Positions 29,906-44,063 of a stretch of 64,000 nucleotides of DNA are shown here, one piece after another. Numbering within the stretch: position 1 is the first letter of the stretch; each line of letters begins with the position of its first letter. The DNA comes from Chrysomallon squamiferum (Eukaryota; Animalia; Mollusca): assembly GCA_012295275.1 (NCBI GenBank), contig CM022679.1, positions 12,772,001 through 12,836,000 of the forward strand, given 5' to 3'. Below the pieces are notes generated by a model. That model had not been told where the DNA came from. It did no database searches and saw only the letters and a program-made list of their open reading frames with translations. Made by a program: the position numbers and the translations under genes.

Positions 29906-29988
29906 ATCGGAATCTGGTCCATGGTCAGCACCTGGGCAGCTAAATGAAACAAACTCATGGCAGCGCTTATGTACCACGAAACTGCACA
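29906..29988 (-). CDS. PRKC1: Conventional protein kinase C, exon 3 (83 nt, end of C1A)
   Basis: attttag|TG TGC AGT TTC ... TCC GAT|gtaagt gives (V)[27 protein letters not shown], embedded in track ORF 29873..30115. It is in frame with exon 2. No C1B exon (PTFCDHCGS) was found by eye in 1-29905, so the gene continues off the left edge. Confidence 0.96.
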
Positions 29989-30502
29989 CTAAAATAAAAA
30001 AAGACAAATTAAGAAAATGTTTATATAAACAATTAACATTAAGACTTCTCCATATTAAAAATAAATAGTGTTTGATTGCACAAAAAACAAAAACAAAAAC
30101 AAAAAAAAACAACACAAGACAAACAAATTTATTTAATTCATGTTTGTGTATTACACAAAAATAATATTAGTTCAATATCTTCTCAGGGTTGATAACTCTG
30201 AATACTTTATTTTATGTCCAGCCCAGGCAAGCCTGAACCTTTAGTTTATGTAAGCATTCATTTCAGTTGATTAACTGAGTAACAGAGAAAAATGTTTTAG
30301 GATCGGTCATCCTTAATTTTGTTTCCTGTTCAGGCAAATGCTCCGAATCTGGTACAGTGAAGGCTATGGTAAGGCTATAGTTTAATGATTAATAAATTGC
30401 ACTTAAATGAAATTACCGCTAATAAACAAGAAAAACAGATTTCATCTGCCATTACATGTGCTTATGTATCTTATCTGTTATCTATCTATCTATCTATCTA
30501 TC

Positions 30503-30553
<51 letters not shown>

Positions 30554-30816
30554 CTATATACATATCTGTATATTATCTGTCTCTTCTTTCTCTTCCTCTC
30601 TTTCTGTATATATATATATATATATATGTGTATGTATGCATGTATTTACGTATCTTTAACCATATAATCTGAAGCTGTGTAACTGCAGATTAAAAGCATC
30701 TGTTGAATGCACTGATAAATTAAAAAAATATTTCAAGAATAGTCGACTGTCTGTTAGGGTTCTCATCATCTTTAGCATAAATTTAATTTTTTACTATTAT
30801 CAAATCAGGAAAATAA

Positions 30817-30848
<32 letters not shown>

Positions 30849-31069
30849 TAAAATGTAATATAACCCAGCAACAGTGGCAAGGACTCCCTGACTGATGTGC
30901 TGCTTGCTGCATGTAACGCTAGTAATGCTGTACAAGATATCTGCTTTATCATGTATGTGATATCTCAAGTGGTTAAGGAAGAAGAGGCTTGCTTTCAAGT
31001 GTGATGTTCAAACAGTATCAATATGCAGCAGATCAGATTAGATGTTCAACAGGTAAATAACCTGACTAG

Positions 31070-31147
31070 ATCTGTGTGTGTGATGTTCAACAGTGTGTCT
31101 GTGTGTGTCTATGTGTGTGTTTGTAATCCTGACTAGTCTGTGTGTGT

Positions 31148-31184
<37 letters not shown>

Positions 31185-31186
31185 GG

Positions 31187-31217
<31 letters not shown>

Positions 31218-31280
31218 AGTGTGTTTGTGTGTGTGTTGTATGTGTGTGTGTCTGTGTGTGTATATCTGTGTGTTTGTGTA
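31070..31280. repeat. (TG)n-rich microsatellite region
   Basis: Seen directly. Confidence 0.9.
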
Positions 31281-32221
31281 ATTTTATTCTAACAAGCCTG
31301 ATACAAATAAATATTTACTTTTCTGTGTATCTACGTACAGCATGATCTGCCATTTAAAGACAAGCTATTTGGATGTATCATCTCATGTGGATATATACAC
31401 AAATCACATGGACATATTCATTTCATGCTTTTCAGTATGCATGTGTTCATCTGCTATGTTTTTGCTTGCCCATCCAAAACATGTAACTGCATATGTGTAA
31501 GTGATAGTGTACTCATGCATACAGGAACACATGCAGATGTTAATTTGTTACAGGTGTGTGGGGTGCACGTATAAAAATCTGTTTAACTGGACATGATTAT
31601 TTTACTAATATTGACAAAGTAATACTGCCTGACGTTTCAAGTCTGTCACTGTGACATTTCCAAATATGTAAACGTCACTGGTTTATCAGATTTCTGCCTC
31701 CGTAGTCAGGTTTATCATACTATATTCTTGGACGTGGACTATTAAATTTACTCCTCCACATTCTGCCAGATGGAACACATTTATTCTTCCATGTTTTCCC
31801 ATGTTGTTCATTGCATATCCATTTATATTCTCCTCAAATGGATCAAATGGATCTGTTTGTGTTCTCCTGCTCTGTATCTTTCCTTCAGATTTTCAGACGT
31901 GGATCAGTTGTTTCCCTTTATATTTTCCCCCAATGGATCATATATATCCCTCACTGTTTTCCCACATGGATCAGTTGTATCCCACGATGTTCTACTTGAT
32001 GGTAAGATTTAAATCTCTGTATACTGCCTCTGCTGGAGACTTAGCTCTCATTCTTCTCCCATATGGATCAAAATTATCCATCTGTATCCCATACTCTCTC
32101 AGGTAATTCATGTTATTGCCAGCTGTGTGTTATTCATAGTTCTCATTAATACATGCGTACAGTAATCAATAGAAATACCAATATCTGAAACAATAAGTTC
32201 CGTTTTGTATGTGTCTGTGAA

Positions 32222-32263
32222 TATACATACATACATACATACATACATGCACACCCACATACA

Positions 32264-32312
<49 letters not shown>

Positions 32313-32336
32313 ACACTCATAAATACATGCACCCAT

Positions 32337-32383
<47 letters not shown>

Positions 32384-32503
32384 TGCAAACACACACACTC
32401 ATAAATACATGCACACCCACATACACACACACACACACACAAACATGCAAACACACACACTCATAAATACATGCACCCATACATACACATACACCCACAC
32501 AAA
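32222..32503. repeat. Compound (CA)n/(CATA)n microsatellite with a higher-order repeat
   Basis: cacacactcataaatacatgcac recurs three times between CA runs. Confidence 0.9.
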
Positions 32504-33947
32504 CAGGAAGAGAAAGAGAAAAAAATAAGAAAGAATCACAGTAGAAGAATCATTACATTTGAAGTAGGATTTCCATAGTGTAACAGATGTCAGCCAACAA
32601 AACAGTAAATGAAGATTAATGTCAGCATTTATAGATGTAATTAGAGTGATATATATTACCTTACAAACAACCAGGTTTGTTAGCAATTATACTATGTACC
32701 TAGTGATACTGGTACCAAAATTACCTTTAAAAAACTAAATAAAATAAAATAAAATAAAATAAAATAAAATAAAATAAAATAAAATAAAATCTAATTAATA
32801 AATACATAATGATGTATTTTAATACAGATATTATTTATAAACAATATGGTTTTTTTAACAGTACCCATTTTTATTAATAACTGTACCACACAGAGAGCAT
32901 GACAATATTGATATTACCTTGTAAATACATATTGGTATTAACATATGCGTCAAAACATACTGGGATACAGAAATTAATAAACATAATACATCTTGTAGTT
33001 ATTATACTGATGATCAATATTCTGCTACAATCCATTGATCATTTATAAATACTTTTATGGAAAATTCGCAAAGTATGTAGAAGGTGTTACATAGCAAATA
33101 TTAAAACTATTATATTCTTTAATAAATAATGAAAGAAAGAAAGGAAATGAACAAAAGAACAGAGAAAGTCAGAAAGAAAATCATAAAATCGATTTTAAAA
33201 AACATCATTTTAATACAGCACTGAAAAAGTCACAGAAGTGCAGAAAATTAAAATGAACAAAAAACATGTACAAGTCTTCTCCATTTCACAAGTTAAAACA
33301 AAAATAATGTCAATGCCCTGTTAAGGTCTGAAATGAAACGCACTTTATAAAATCCCACCAGAAATTCTTCAACAAAATTAAGTACTGCAAAATCAATAAT
33401 CTAATGTTAAAGTAAAATATTTGCAAGTTCATTAACATTTCATTTAGTGATCAGTGCTTTGACGGAACAACTGAAGAAATGAGCAATGACAAAACGAAAC
33501 AAATAAAAAAAAAATGAAAAAGAAATTGTTGGTTAATTTCCTGCAGACCTTTCAAAAAAAAAAAAAAAAAAAAATTAAAAAATAAATGCAGAAAGTTTTC
33601 TCTAACAATAATCTGGGTGTAACAAAAATTATAATTACATCGCCACAAATACAGCAACCCATCCTTTTTTTCTGGAAATTCTGGATCCAGTGCAAGTCTA
33701 AATTGATTTATTAATGTAAACAAGAAAATTTTAAATACATATTTGTTCTATAAATCAAAATTCAAAATAACTACGCAGTATTCAGCCAAACTACATGTTT
33801 GAAAAATTAGGAAGGAAAAAAATTTACAAACTATTCAACACAGTTGTATTAGAAAAACAATCATAAATAACAAAATATAAAATTTAATTATAGCCTGTAC
33901 AAATATAACTGCAAATCATTAAAAGGGGTTAGCCTGTATTTTAATAA

Positions 33948-34011
<64 letters not shown>
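33948..34011. repeat. (TG)n microsatellite
   Basis: Seen directly. Confidence 0.95.
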
Positions 34012-34012
<1 letters not shown>

Positions 34013-36627
34013 TAAAAGAATAAAAATCTTAAGAAAATAAGTAGGTGTGAGTCAAAAATGAAGAGTTGATTACTGTTTCTTTGAATTAAAACAACAAAAA
34101 AACAAACAAAACCAACCAACAAACAAACAAAAAAAAAGCCCATTAAGTAAAAGAGTTTGTGTCAGTTGTGGTATATCTGCAGTATGTACCTGTCACACAG
34201 ATTACTGAGATTTCAAACTGCTGCCAATCACTTGTCTGTTTACAATTAACATTTAACCTGATTTCCACAATTATTTACGTCACATTCAACAGACTTGCAT
34301 TTTCTTCATTTTTTTTCTTTTTCTAAGTACATATTATTGCTAATATGCAGTCAAATTAATTGAAATGATGTGTGAATGTCCTAATTCTTACTGGTTTCTT
34401 TTCCCTTTTTTTTTTTTTTTTTTTTGTTGTAAAGTATGTATTATCAGTGGTCTCCCCAGCATTTGTGAAAGATATGGTGGGAATTGGTGCAACTGGTTCA
34501 AGTTAAACAAAGGGATGGTACAGAAAATAATTATTTGTTTAATGCCTTAATATGTATTTATGCTACATGTGTAATATATATATATATATATATATATTCA
34601 GAAGAACAAAAAGAAGCAAGAGATGAACAGATAGAAAATAACTATGAAAAAGAAAATGAAAAATTGGGAAAGAAATTTTGATTACTTAGCACATGAAACT
34701 GACAGCTAAATCCTTTTTATTTTTTGAAAGAAAAAAATTATATATATAAAAGTATAAAAATTTCAAACTAAGATAACAAAACTCCAGATATTAAAATGAC
34801 TAAAAAAAAAAAAATTAAATTAAAAAAAATTGAAATAATAACTAAAAGAAGACTGAAAACTCCCTGTATGCTTACTGTGTCATGACAGCTGAACCAGATG
34901 ACAGTTTGTGTCCAGTAACAGTGATCACGACAAAAAACAACAACCGCAAAATCCATTTTGTAATTTCTGCAATGTCATTTTGGACAAAAATCCAATACAT
35001 TTTTGGCATTTCGTTACAAGCAGGATATTTAATCTCATAACTTATTTATAGATATTTGCAATTTTTTTCCCCCATCATTATTTATAAAGCACTAGCAGGA
35101 GAATTAGTTTATTAAATTGTGGGGGTAATAAAATGCATGTGGTTTTTTCCTGAGTCTGGATGATAAAACCAAAAGGCAATTACTTCCATTATTATTATTA
35201 ATGTTGTTCTTCTTGTTGTTGTTCTTTTTCTTCCTCATCTTCCTATTTTCATTATTTATTTATTCATTTTTATTTTTTTAAATGTATTTTTTTTTTATTT
35301 TTAATGAACTGAGGTGGTTGTAACAGCTAATGAAATGCTTCTTAAGACTGGATGATAAAAAAATAAAGGTAATTACCATCAATTTCATTATTATTATTGT
35401 TCTTTATCTTCTTCTTTTCATTCCTCCTCCACATATTATTATTATTATCTTTTTTCAAAGTTTTAATAACAGTTATCATGTTTGGGTCCATTGCTATATC
35501 TGTCCAGTATTAACAAGAAATGAAAATGCATGAGTCTCTTCCATCAAAAGGACTCCATTACATCATCAGGGTTACTGCATTTCTTCTTTTTTTGAAATTT
35601 AATGACAGGGTGAATTTATTATAAATCTGTTACAAAGGCCTCCTCTGTCAACTGTTAAACAGGAAAGTCAAAACATGTTTGATAAATCCGTATCTCTCCT
35701 CAGGTAATATATAACATCAGATAACTTGGTGTGTTTATTATTTTTCACACTTAATAGTAACAGTGATATAAATTATGCATTTCTTAAGTTCACAGATCTT
35801 TTCTCTCAACAGTTTTGCAGAAAAGTTAAAACCAGTTTGATGAATCTGTTCCTGTTTTCTTCCATATACATGATAGCAGTTAAGGTTTATTTCTGCATGA
35901 GACTGTTATGAATTTGTTAACAGTGATGCTATACAATTAATGTTTATAAACATCCCTTGTCAGTAATTAACCATAACATTAAAAAAAACTTTTTTTCCCA
36001 TTTCTAGCATTATTCCTAAACAGAATAATTTAATCATATTATATTTTTCGTGGACAAATAATGCTTTATACTAACGGAAAGATATTAATAGGATGTTAAT
36101 GACTGTAATATTGCCATTTTATGTGCACCATCTGTGAATTCAATTCAGAAAATCATTTACTGTTATCTATACAAACTGTGTCAGTAAAAATATTGTTTAC
36201 ACCATGGCTGTTATTTCAGTTTTAAATCATTATAATATTTGTTGTTTTATTAAACTGCATAAAGGCTATGTTTTAAGCTTGTACATAATAAATATGTTTG
36301 TTGTACATATTTGATTACAACTGCATTACAATGACAACAATATCTAAACAAGACAATTGCCTAAGGCATCGTTTTACTTCCAGCAATGAAATGTTGCAGA
36401 ATATTTATTAAATACTATCAAGATAATCACACAGTCGTTAGTGATGTCCATATGCTGAATACATTAAAGCTCAGAATCTTAAATTTCAAGAAATCAGTAA
36501 AATAATATACAGGATAACAGTTTTTAGAACAATTCTGTTTTATTCCTGTGATGAAATGATTAAAAACAGTTTTTGATACTGCTAAGGTAAATATTAATAT
36601 AATTATTTTACTTGGTTTACACAGAAT

Positions 36628-37070
36628 ATATTAAAACTAAAACCACAGTCAGTTTAATGGTGTTCACAAAATCTGTTAAAACTAAAAACTATCATAAGTT
36701 TAGTAATATATACTGAGACTATTAAAACTAAAAACTATCATAAGTTTAGTAATATATACTGAAACTATTAAAACGAAAAACTATTATAAGTTTAGTAATA
36801 TATACTGAGACTATTAAAACTAAAACTATCATAAGTTTAGTAATATATACTGAGACTATTAAAACTAAAAACTATTGTAAGTTTAGTAATATATACTGAG
36901 ACTAATAAAACTAAAACTATCATCTGGTTTAATGGTATTTACTGAATCTGTTAAAACTAACAGAACCATCACCTTGATGGTTATACCATCACATGCACTG
37001 AATCTGTTAAAGCTACAGCTATCATTAGTGTAATGATATACACTGAATTTATTCAGGCTAAACCTATTAT
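36628..37070. repeat. Minisatellite, 45-46 bp unit (ctattaaaactaaaaactatcataagtttagtaatatatactgaga)
   Basis: Near-identical head-to-tail units starting at ~36673, 36719, 36765, 36811, 36856, with degenerate units on both flanks. Confidence 0.92.
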
Positions 37071-39261
37071 TCCAATTTGAATAATTTTTTATGGTAATGA
37101 AATGTTAAGAATATTACTCAAATGCTCTCATGTGAATTAATATCAGTATTATTAGCAATACATTGAATCTTTTAAAGCTAAAACTCGTCAGTTTGAATAC
37201 ATCAGTAGCCTAACAAATTGCTAAACAATACTTTTCAAATAGTCTCGTGAGAGTTAATAACATATTTGTTACAGTTACACTGAATGTATTAAATTTAAAA
37301 CTGTATATCAATGACTTTCAGTGTCTCATGTCACATTCCTTTCCCCTGTGATCCCAGACAGTTCATCCCATGTTTTAAATCATATCCTTACCAGTATACA
37401 CTGTGAACTGTATATTCTTCTCCAGTTCTTCCCTTGACTAAAATTCCTGCCTAAATACTCCCCTGGTATCCAAAAGGCTCCCCTGGGGAGAATCAGTGTA
37501 TATTCAAGTGGAATAACATTTACTTCCAGCAGTAAAGAATGTACATTTCAAACAGTCTTATGAGAGTTAATGATGTTAATGTCAGAAATACACGGGAACT
37601 TTTTAAAGCCATTAGAACATGTTCTTTACAAAATGTAAAAGAATATTGTTAAACTGTTTTCAAGACTTGTAATTTCTGATAATGACATCTACATATCAGA
37701 TATCTTATAAGTTTTTACTCTTTTTTATTACTTGTATCTTCCTTCAACTTGGTCCTGTTTATACCTATTTTATTCTTCTTCAAATTATCAATTTTTAAAG
37801 AAAATATATATCTTTCCTAAATACTTTCAGCATATAATCACTGATGTAAGTTATATACACTGAATGAAAGTAGATTTAATTTTATCTATCTGTTGGTGCT
37901 AATCATATGAAAAAATTTGAATACATATTTCTTAAATACTCTGAACAGCTATTACTGCTAATACTGTTTTTTGATGGCATATATTACTTTAGAACCCTAA
38001 ATTCTAAAGAGGCCAAACACAGTATAATAATATTCCAACAGGCCACTGAAAAGGACAAGCAGCTGACGTGAATTTCCTATCATTTATTTTAACAAATTAC
38101 AATTTTACAAACAAAATAAACTCATGTGAAAATTGTATAGTTACTCTTGGGCACTGTTTGTTATTATATATGTTAGTTTGCAAAGGGTAAATCTGAAACT
38201 GAATCATCAATGTCAGTCAAAGTCTTTTAAGAATTAAGCGAACAATTTGTTGATTTCAGAATGGTAATTAAAATTATAAGCCAGTTTACAATATCTGTTA
38301 TTATTTATCACTTTATTGTAGATTTTATTAAATTTCTGAAGTGAATCTATATTCTAAACACTAGTTATTGTCATCAATGATAGTAATGTTTTAATATTTA
38401 TATTTAAAGTAGGTTTTGACAGTTATGTGATTACGTTCTTAAACACTGGAACATACACTGGCAACATCAAATGGGAAATATATAATTACTTAGTGTTAGA
38501 ACAATAATTCTACCTAAGAGTAAAGGTGAGTAAGTAGATAATTATATTTGAATTCAGACTGGTAATTCTACTTTCAATTAATAGAAAGTAAATAAATATT
38601 TGTTTGAGTAATTCTATTTAAGACCAAAAGTGATAAAGCAGATCATTATTTGAGTTTTGAGTGATAATTCTTCCAATTAAAGTGAAAGGTAAGTGAAAAG
38701 ATAATTATTTGAGTTTGGACAGGTAATTCTGGTACTAAAACTAATAACTAAAACTAACTTCCTCTTTATTCAAGGTCTTTAAATAAGAAATTAGAAATAT
38801 CCCAATGAAACAGAAAACTTGTCGTAAATATGAACAGAATATCTGCATTAGAGTTTTTGACATATTTTCTTTCTCACTTAAATCAAAACATCCGCATATG
38901 CTGTCATGTGCAACCATGCAGAACAAATAAAAATGATCAAAATGCAGGAGAACTTTGTTATTACTGCAGAGTTAATGTAGCAAATCTGTGCTTTTATTTC
39001 ACGTACTACCACAACCAGCATTAATCTCTAATCTGCAGTAAGCTACATTTTATGTACAGACATCACAATGAAATCACTTATTTATATTTATTTTCCAGAT
39101 TTGCAATTATATAGCTTTGGAAGGCAAAGATGTGTGGTAAAATGAATAAAACGATTATTAAATTTGTCATGAGCCGAGTGCCTTGAATGTGTGTCTCAGT
39201 CTAAGAAATTAATAAAAATACATGTATGTATTCTACAGTAACATAACATCATTAGACTTCT

Positions 39262-39390
39262 AAAGATTGATATTCTTATTATTTGATTATGCAAAAGTTT
39301 CTGAAGTTCGGTATTTCCAAAGATTGATATTCTCGTTATTTGATTATGCAAAAGCTCCTGAAGTTTGATATCATCATTATTTGATTATAT
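39262..39390. repeat. Two and a partial copies of a ~57-bp unit
   Basis: aaagattgatattct(t/c)(a/g)ttatttgattatgcaaaag...ctgaagtt repeated at 39262 and ~39319. Confidence 0.85.
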
Positions 39391-39779
39391 CACCATTAAA
39401 AGATAAATTCCTCTCCATATTTGAATGTTTATCCATTTGATGCAATGGGAGAAATAATAGCTTAATACCTTTCCTGTATTTATTAACTTCTGCCTTGGCT
39501 ATGATGGACAAATTTTGCTAACAAAACTATGACAATAAAACAGAGCCATTATAAAAATTTGTGACATACAAATGTACACTACAAAATGATTAATTAACAA
39601 TATTTTAAATATTTAATACAAACTGCAAATAATATGGACATTAATATATTTAAAATTTCAATAATAAATAATAGATAGAAAATTTCACCAATCATTAAAA
39701 TGAATGACTAATAATGACTTTTTCAAATAATGAAACATCCGAACTGAAATACATCTGATTATTTTACCCAAATAATCTG

Positions 39780-40150
39780 CTCAGGAAAGAACATGACTCA
39801 ACCGATGCATTTAACAAAAAATAAAACATTAAGATATCAAACGATTTACGTTTACAATGTTTACGCAACCTGACAAGTAACAGTGGCGTCTTGTGCTTGT
39901 TTATTACCACTGTGTCCCAAAATCAACATCAAACGCGAACCAACGCGAAGAAGTAGACAGCAAAAACACAGTGACTGCCACAGCGTACGACGACGTTGCC
40001 ACGGCGACGACACAAACGTGAACGTGACTGAAAGAGCCATCTTTTGCTAAAATCACAATTATGTTGATTAAAAAGAAAAACTGACAAATAATATTTTCTG
40101 ATCTGAAAGTCATGCATCCGAGCTAACTTGATAACAAACTCGTAGACTGT
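39780..40150. promoter_or_regulatory. Intronic CpG-retaining island with RFX X-box-like and YY1-like motifs (candidate internal promoter/enhancer in PKC intron 2)
   Basis: Dense CpG cluster in CpG-poor surroundings; GTTGCCACGGCGAC 39995-40008; GCCATCTTTT 40036-40045. Confidence 0.5.
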
Positions 40151-40351
40151 CTCCAGCTGCTGACTGGCTGTTTCCTTGTCACTAAGGAGCAGATTCAGCT
40201 GCAGAAGGAGAAGATTCTGGATTCAGACAACAACAACAGCAAAAAAGTTGGAGGTGGTTCACCATTGTGGATACAGCTTTCAAAATGGAATGGGTTTTAT
40301 AAAAATAAAAATACCCAGATTTAGATGTATTACAAAAGTGTATTAGTAATA

Positions 40352-40492
40352 GATTCAAACATATCAGAAATACATTTAGATGTATCTAGGATGCATTCAA
40401 ATATATCAAGGATACATTCATACATATTAGGGATATATTCAGATATATCAGGGACATAGGTTCAAAACATCAGAGATAGAGATTCAAATATC
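40352..40492. repeat. Degenerate ~22-bp minisatellite
   Basis: About six units resembling cattcaaatatatcaaggata. Confidence 0.7.
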
Positions 40493-41967
40493 AATGTTAC
40501 ATTAACATATGTTAAGGATTTATTATTATTATTATTTCTATTATGGTTGTTGTGTTTGTTGTGCTTGTTAAATCTGTGAATGAATGAATAACTGAGATAT
40601 ATTTAGAAAACAGTCGATTACAAATACAGTTATAAATAGAATGTGTTATTACATGGCATATTATTAATACAAATTGCATATTAATAGTAATAGTAAAAAA
40701 TAATAATAATAAAAAAAAAAAAAAAAAAAAAATACCCTCCCTCCCTCAAAAAAAAAAAAAATAACAATAAAAAACAAAACAAAAAAATCATTTCTTTATT
40801 TTCAGGCTGAAAGCAGCCAAAAAAGATCTATCTTTCTACTTGATGTTATTTTCAGATTAATCGAAAGATAGCTTTGTGAACAATAATGGATGGACATTTA
40901 AAATGTTAAGAATTCCCTTGAGAAAACGTATCAGTCTTCCTTTTTGGCCCCAAATCAGTTTAAGTTTTAACACTTTTGAAATGAATCCAAACCAGATATC
41001 TTGCAAAAATAAGATGATTCTGTTTCAGACCAGATTTTAATCTAAAATACTGTTATTATGACAGTTTCAAACAATATGGATAAAGCAATATGTTAGTTTA
41101 AAATTTTACTGAGGGTGTGGCATTTAATACTTCATGTATTCAGTATGTTGGAAAAAATATACTTTATATAAATCAGATAATTTAAATTAAAATGGCATTA
41201 TTTTTGTGATACATATAACTAATTCTATGACATATTCATAATTCACATGACACTGTTATGAATAGATTTATATTACTGATACACACATTATTGTTTTATT
41301 TAAGTTTTATTACTAATTTTACATTCAAGTGTACTAATATTACAAATAATTTTATTCAGTTCAGTAACTGTAAACTGTTAATAAATGGTTTTATTCATTT
41401 AAAAACAGTTTTATTAATTGTAAATATTCTATACAGACAATTTTGTCATCACACCAATATTTTATTTGTTATCTCTAAATCAAATAGTTTAGAATAATAA
41501 TTTAATGAAAAAAAATGAAAGACATATTCACAGTGGTTGAATAAGTGAGTGAATGAGAAAAAAAATGAAAGAAAGAAAGAATGAATGAATATATGAATGA
41601 AAACAAAAACAAGATCAGAAAAGTTGTAACAGTTTTTGGAAACTGTTTACATGAAAGCCTGTAAGTGTTACTAATACATATGACTGTTGTTTCAAACATG
41701 TCACCTGATGTTTTCCTGTTACACATTACAAACTTATTTCTATTACAGGATTTACTAGTAAACTGGCAACATGTTGGGATACATAATCAGAAGGAAATAA
41801 TTAACACATGTACATATAAATTTGTTTTGTAGCTGCTAATAAATACTAATAAGCAGTATTCTGCTTGGTCTGCTAACTTCTGAATACTTGAAAATCAAAT
41901 GGATGCCGTTTGAAGCAAAATGGTCATGCAATGAATTAATACACAATACATAATGTGTATGTGCTAG

Positions 41968-41975
41968 TGTGTGTA

Positions 41976-42036
<61 letters not shown>
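41968..42036. repeat. (TG)n microsatellite
   Basis: Seen directly. Confidence 0.95.
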
Positions 42037-42038
<2 letters not shown>

Positions 42039-43577
42039 ATGCTTGTGTGGATGCTTGTGTGTGGGGATGTCTATATGTCACAAAATGCTTGAATGAGTAT
42101 GTGTACATTTTACTTTTTCAATTACTTAGCACTGGGGAAATACTGGAGTCAGTATTGTTTATGTTTTATTAAATTTAAAATCATTTGCAGCACTCCTCAT
42201 GATGATATGTCTGAGATATTAGAAGACATCATATTTTGAACTAAACTAAAACAAAAACCTGCTTCATATTTTCCATGTGAAAAACTACCATAAGTATAAC
42301 AATGCAAGCAAATGTGTACTCTTCAAATAACAGATTACAAATGTGACATAACATACTAAGAAATTCACCTATTCTTATTTGGACAGATCAATGAAAAAAA
42401 AATTGATATGTATTCAAACCAAAAATAGCTTTCTGCTTTGTGTGAATATCCGGGTTTACGTGAAACATATTCAGTGATATTTGAAACTGTAGGGTTTAGT
42501 TCTTTCTTTAGATTATTTAAGTTAGATAATACTGATCTTAGAGAATGTCTGTAAATCAAACTATTTTAATCATGCTTTATATATAATTTATGTTAAAAAT
42601 TTCTTTTCATCTGTGTAAGACTATATCAACATCTCCTATTTTACTACAATCTGGTGGCCAGTAATGTCAAATAAATAAAAATGATGTATGTTTATCTGTT
42701 CACCTATCTGTGTCTCTGTCGGTCTCTGTTTACAAATTTACAAACTTTATGTCAAATATTAATTTAATATATTACACACATACAACCTCATTTATTTATT
42801 ATTTTCTTTTTCTTCATACAAACATTAATTTAATATATTCTTGCAACCCCCAATTCGTTCTTTCCAAACAAACACACACACACACACACCCATCTTGTGA
42901 AAGATAATATGCAAGTTTGTGTAAATCTGCGGAGATAACCGTTTTTGTTAATCTTTATATCAAATTATAGGAACTTCAGCTCTTATCATGAAAGCAGCTG
43001 AAAGGTTATAATGTTCTTTCATAAACAGTTGAAGTGGTACACAGCATCGACTTGGCAAGAAAAATGTGCACTGGTGAAGTCTGTATCAAATTATTGACAG
43101 CTTGTTTATAGAAATTTTAACTTCAAGTCCCAAGAGAAGAACAATATTTACTGATGCTTCACGCAATAAGTGAACAAGAAAAGAGTCTGGTAACAAGTGA
43201 TGGAGGAGGATGTCTGAAGAAAAACACATCCAGATACTGGACCTGTGTGAAGAGTAGGAGCAAAAAATGGATTCCCAGTATGTGACCCCCACATGTTCGT
43301 CTCCTACTTTTATTTATCAATATTTTTTATCTCTTTATCCTGAAAGTTATATCTGTTAGAATGATGGAAAAAGCATTTTCCTTCATAAAAGATCTTGTGG
43401 TTTTTTTCTCTGTCTCTAACCTGACATAGCTATTGCTATATTATGAAGAAACAGACAAAACATTTAGAAATAATTAAATAATGTAGATTCTCCAAAAAAT
43501 ATAGCTATTTTATTATTGCTCATTTGATTTATCTAAATTATGTATCTGAATTATTTATATTGTTGGTGGTGTTTTTG

Positions 43578-43630
<53 letters not shown>

Positions 43631-44023
43631 TTTTTTAGTTTTAATATAATGTTTAAAAGTAAAGGCTCTAATTTTTCTCTTTTTTTCTTATTTTACTAAT
43701 CTAATCATTGAAGTATGTCAAATTAATTTCTCTGTGGAAATAGCAAATAATGTAATAAACTGGCTGACTTTCTGCATTCTATTTCCCAAAGGTCCACAAA
43801 AAAAGGTATGACAAAAAATAACACCTACCAGCAGAGTTTGTTAAAGGTTATCTCTTTTGTTTCACATTGGTGGTCAAAGTAAGTTATTTATTTTAATAAA
43901 TACGTCAAAATAAATTAAATTATTTCTATTTATTTCTATAAAAAGGCATTCCATCAAATATAAATTCGTTTTATATTTGTAGTCAAATTATGTCATTTAT
44001 TAAATAGATACACTAAATTAAAC

Positions 44024-44063
<40 letters not shown>

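Noticed and set aside
28324-32686. Many HT/CV/YI-repeat ORFs here and at 42, 53.5, 60.6 and 62.6 kb
   Set aside because: Translations of microsatellites.
34768-34956. ORF containing FCRDHC, checked (like CKNCDYHC near 19600) as the PKC C1B exon
   Set aside because: Neither matches PTFCDHCGSLLYG, and this one lies upstream of exon 3.
36628-37070. Regular ~46-bp repeats as a possible CRISPR array
   Set aside because: Units are contiguous with no unique spacers, there are no cas genes, and the context is a eukaryotic intron.
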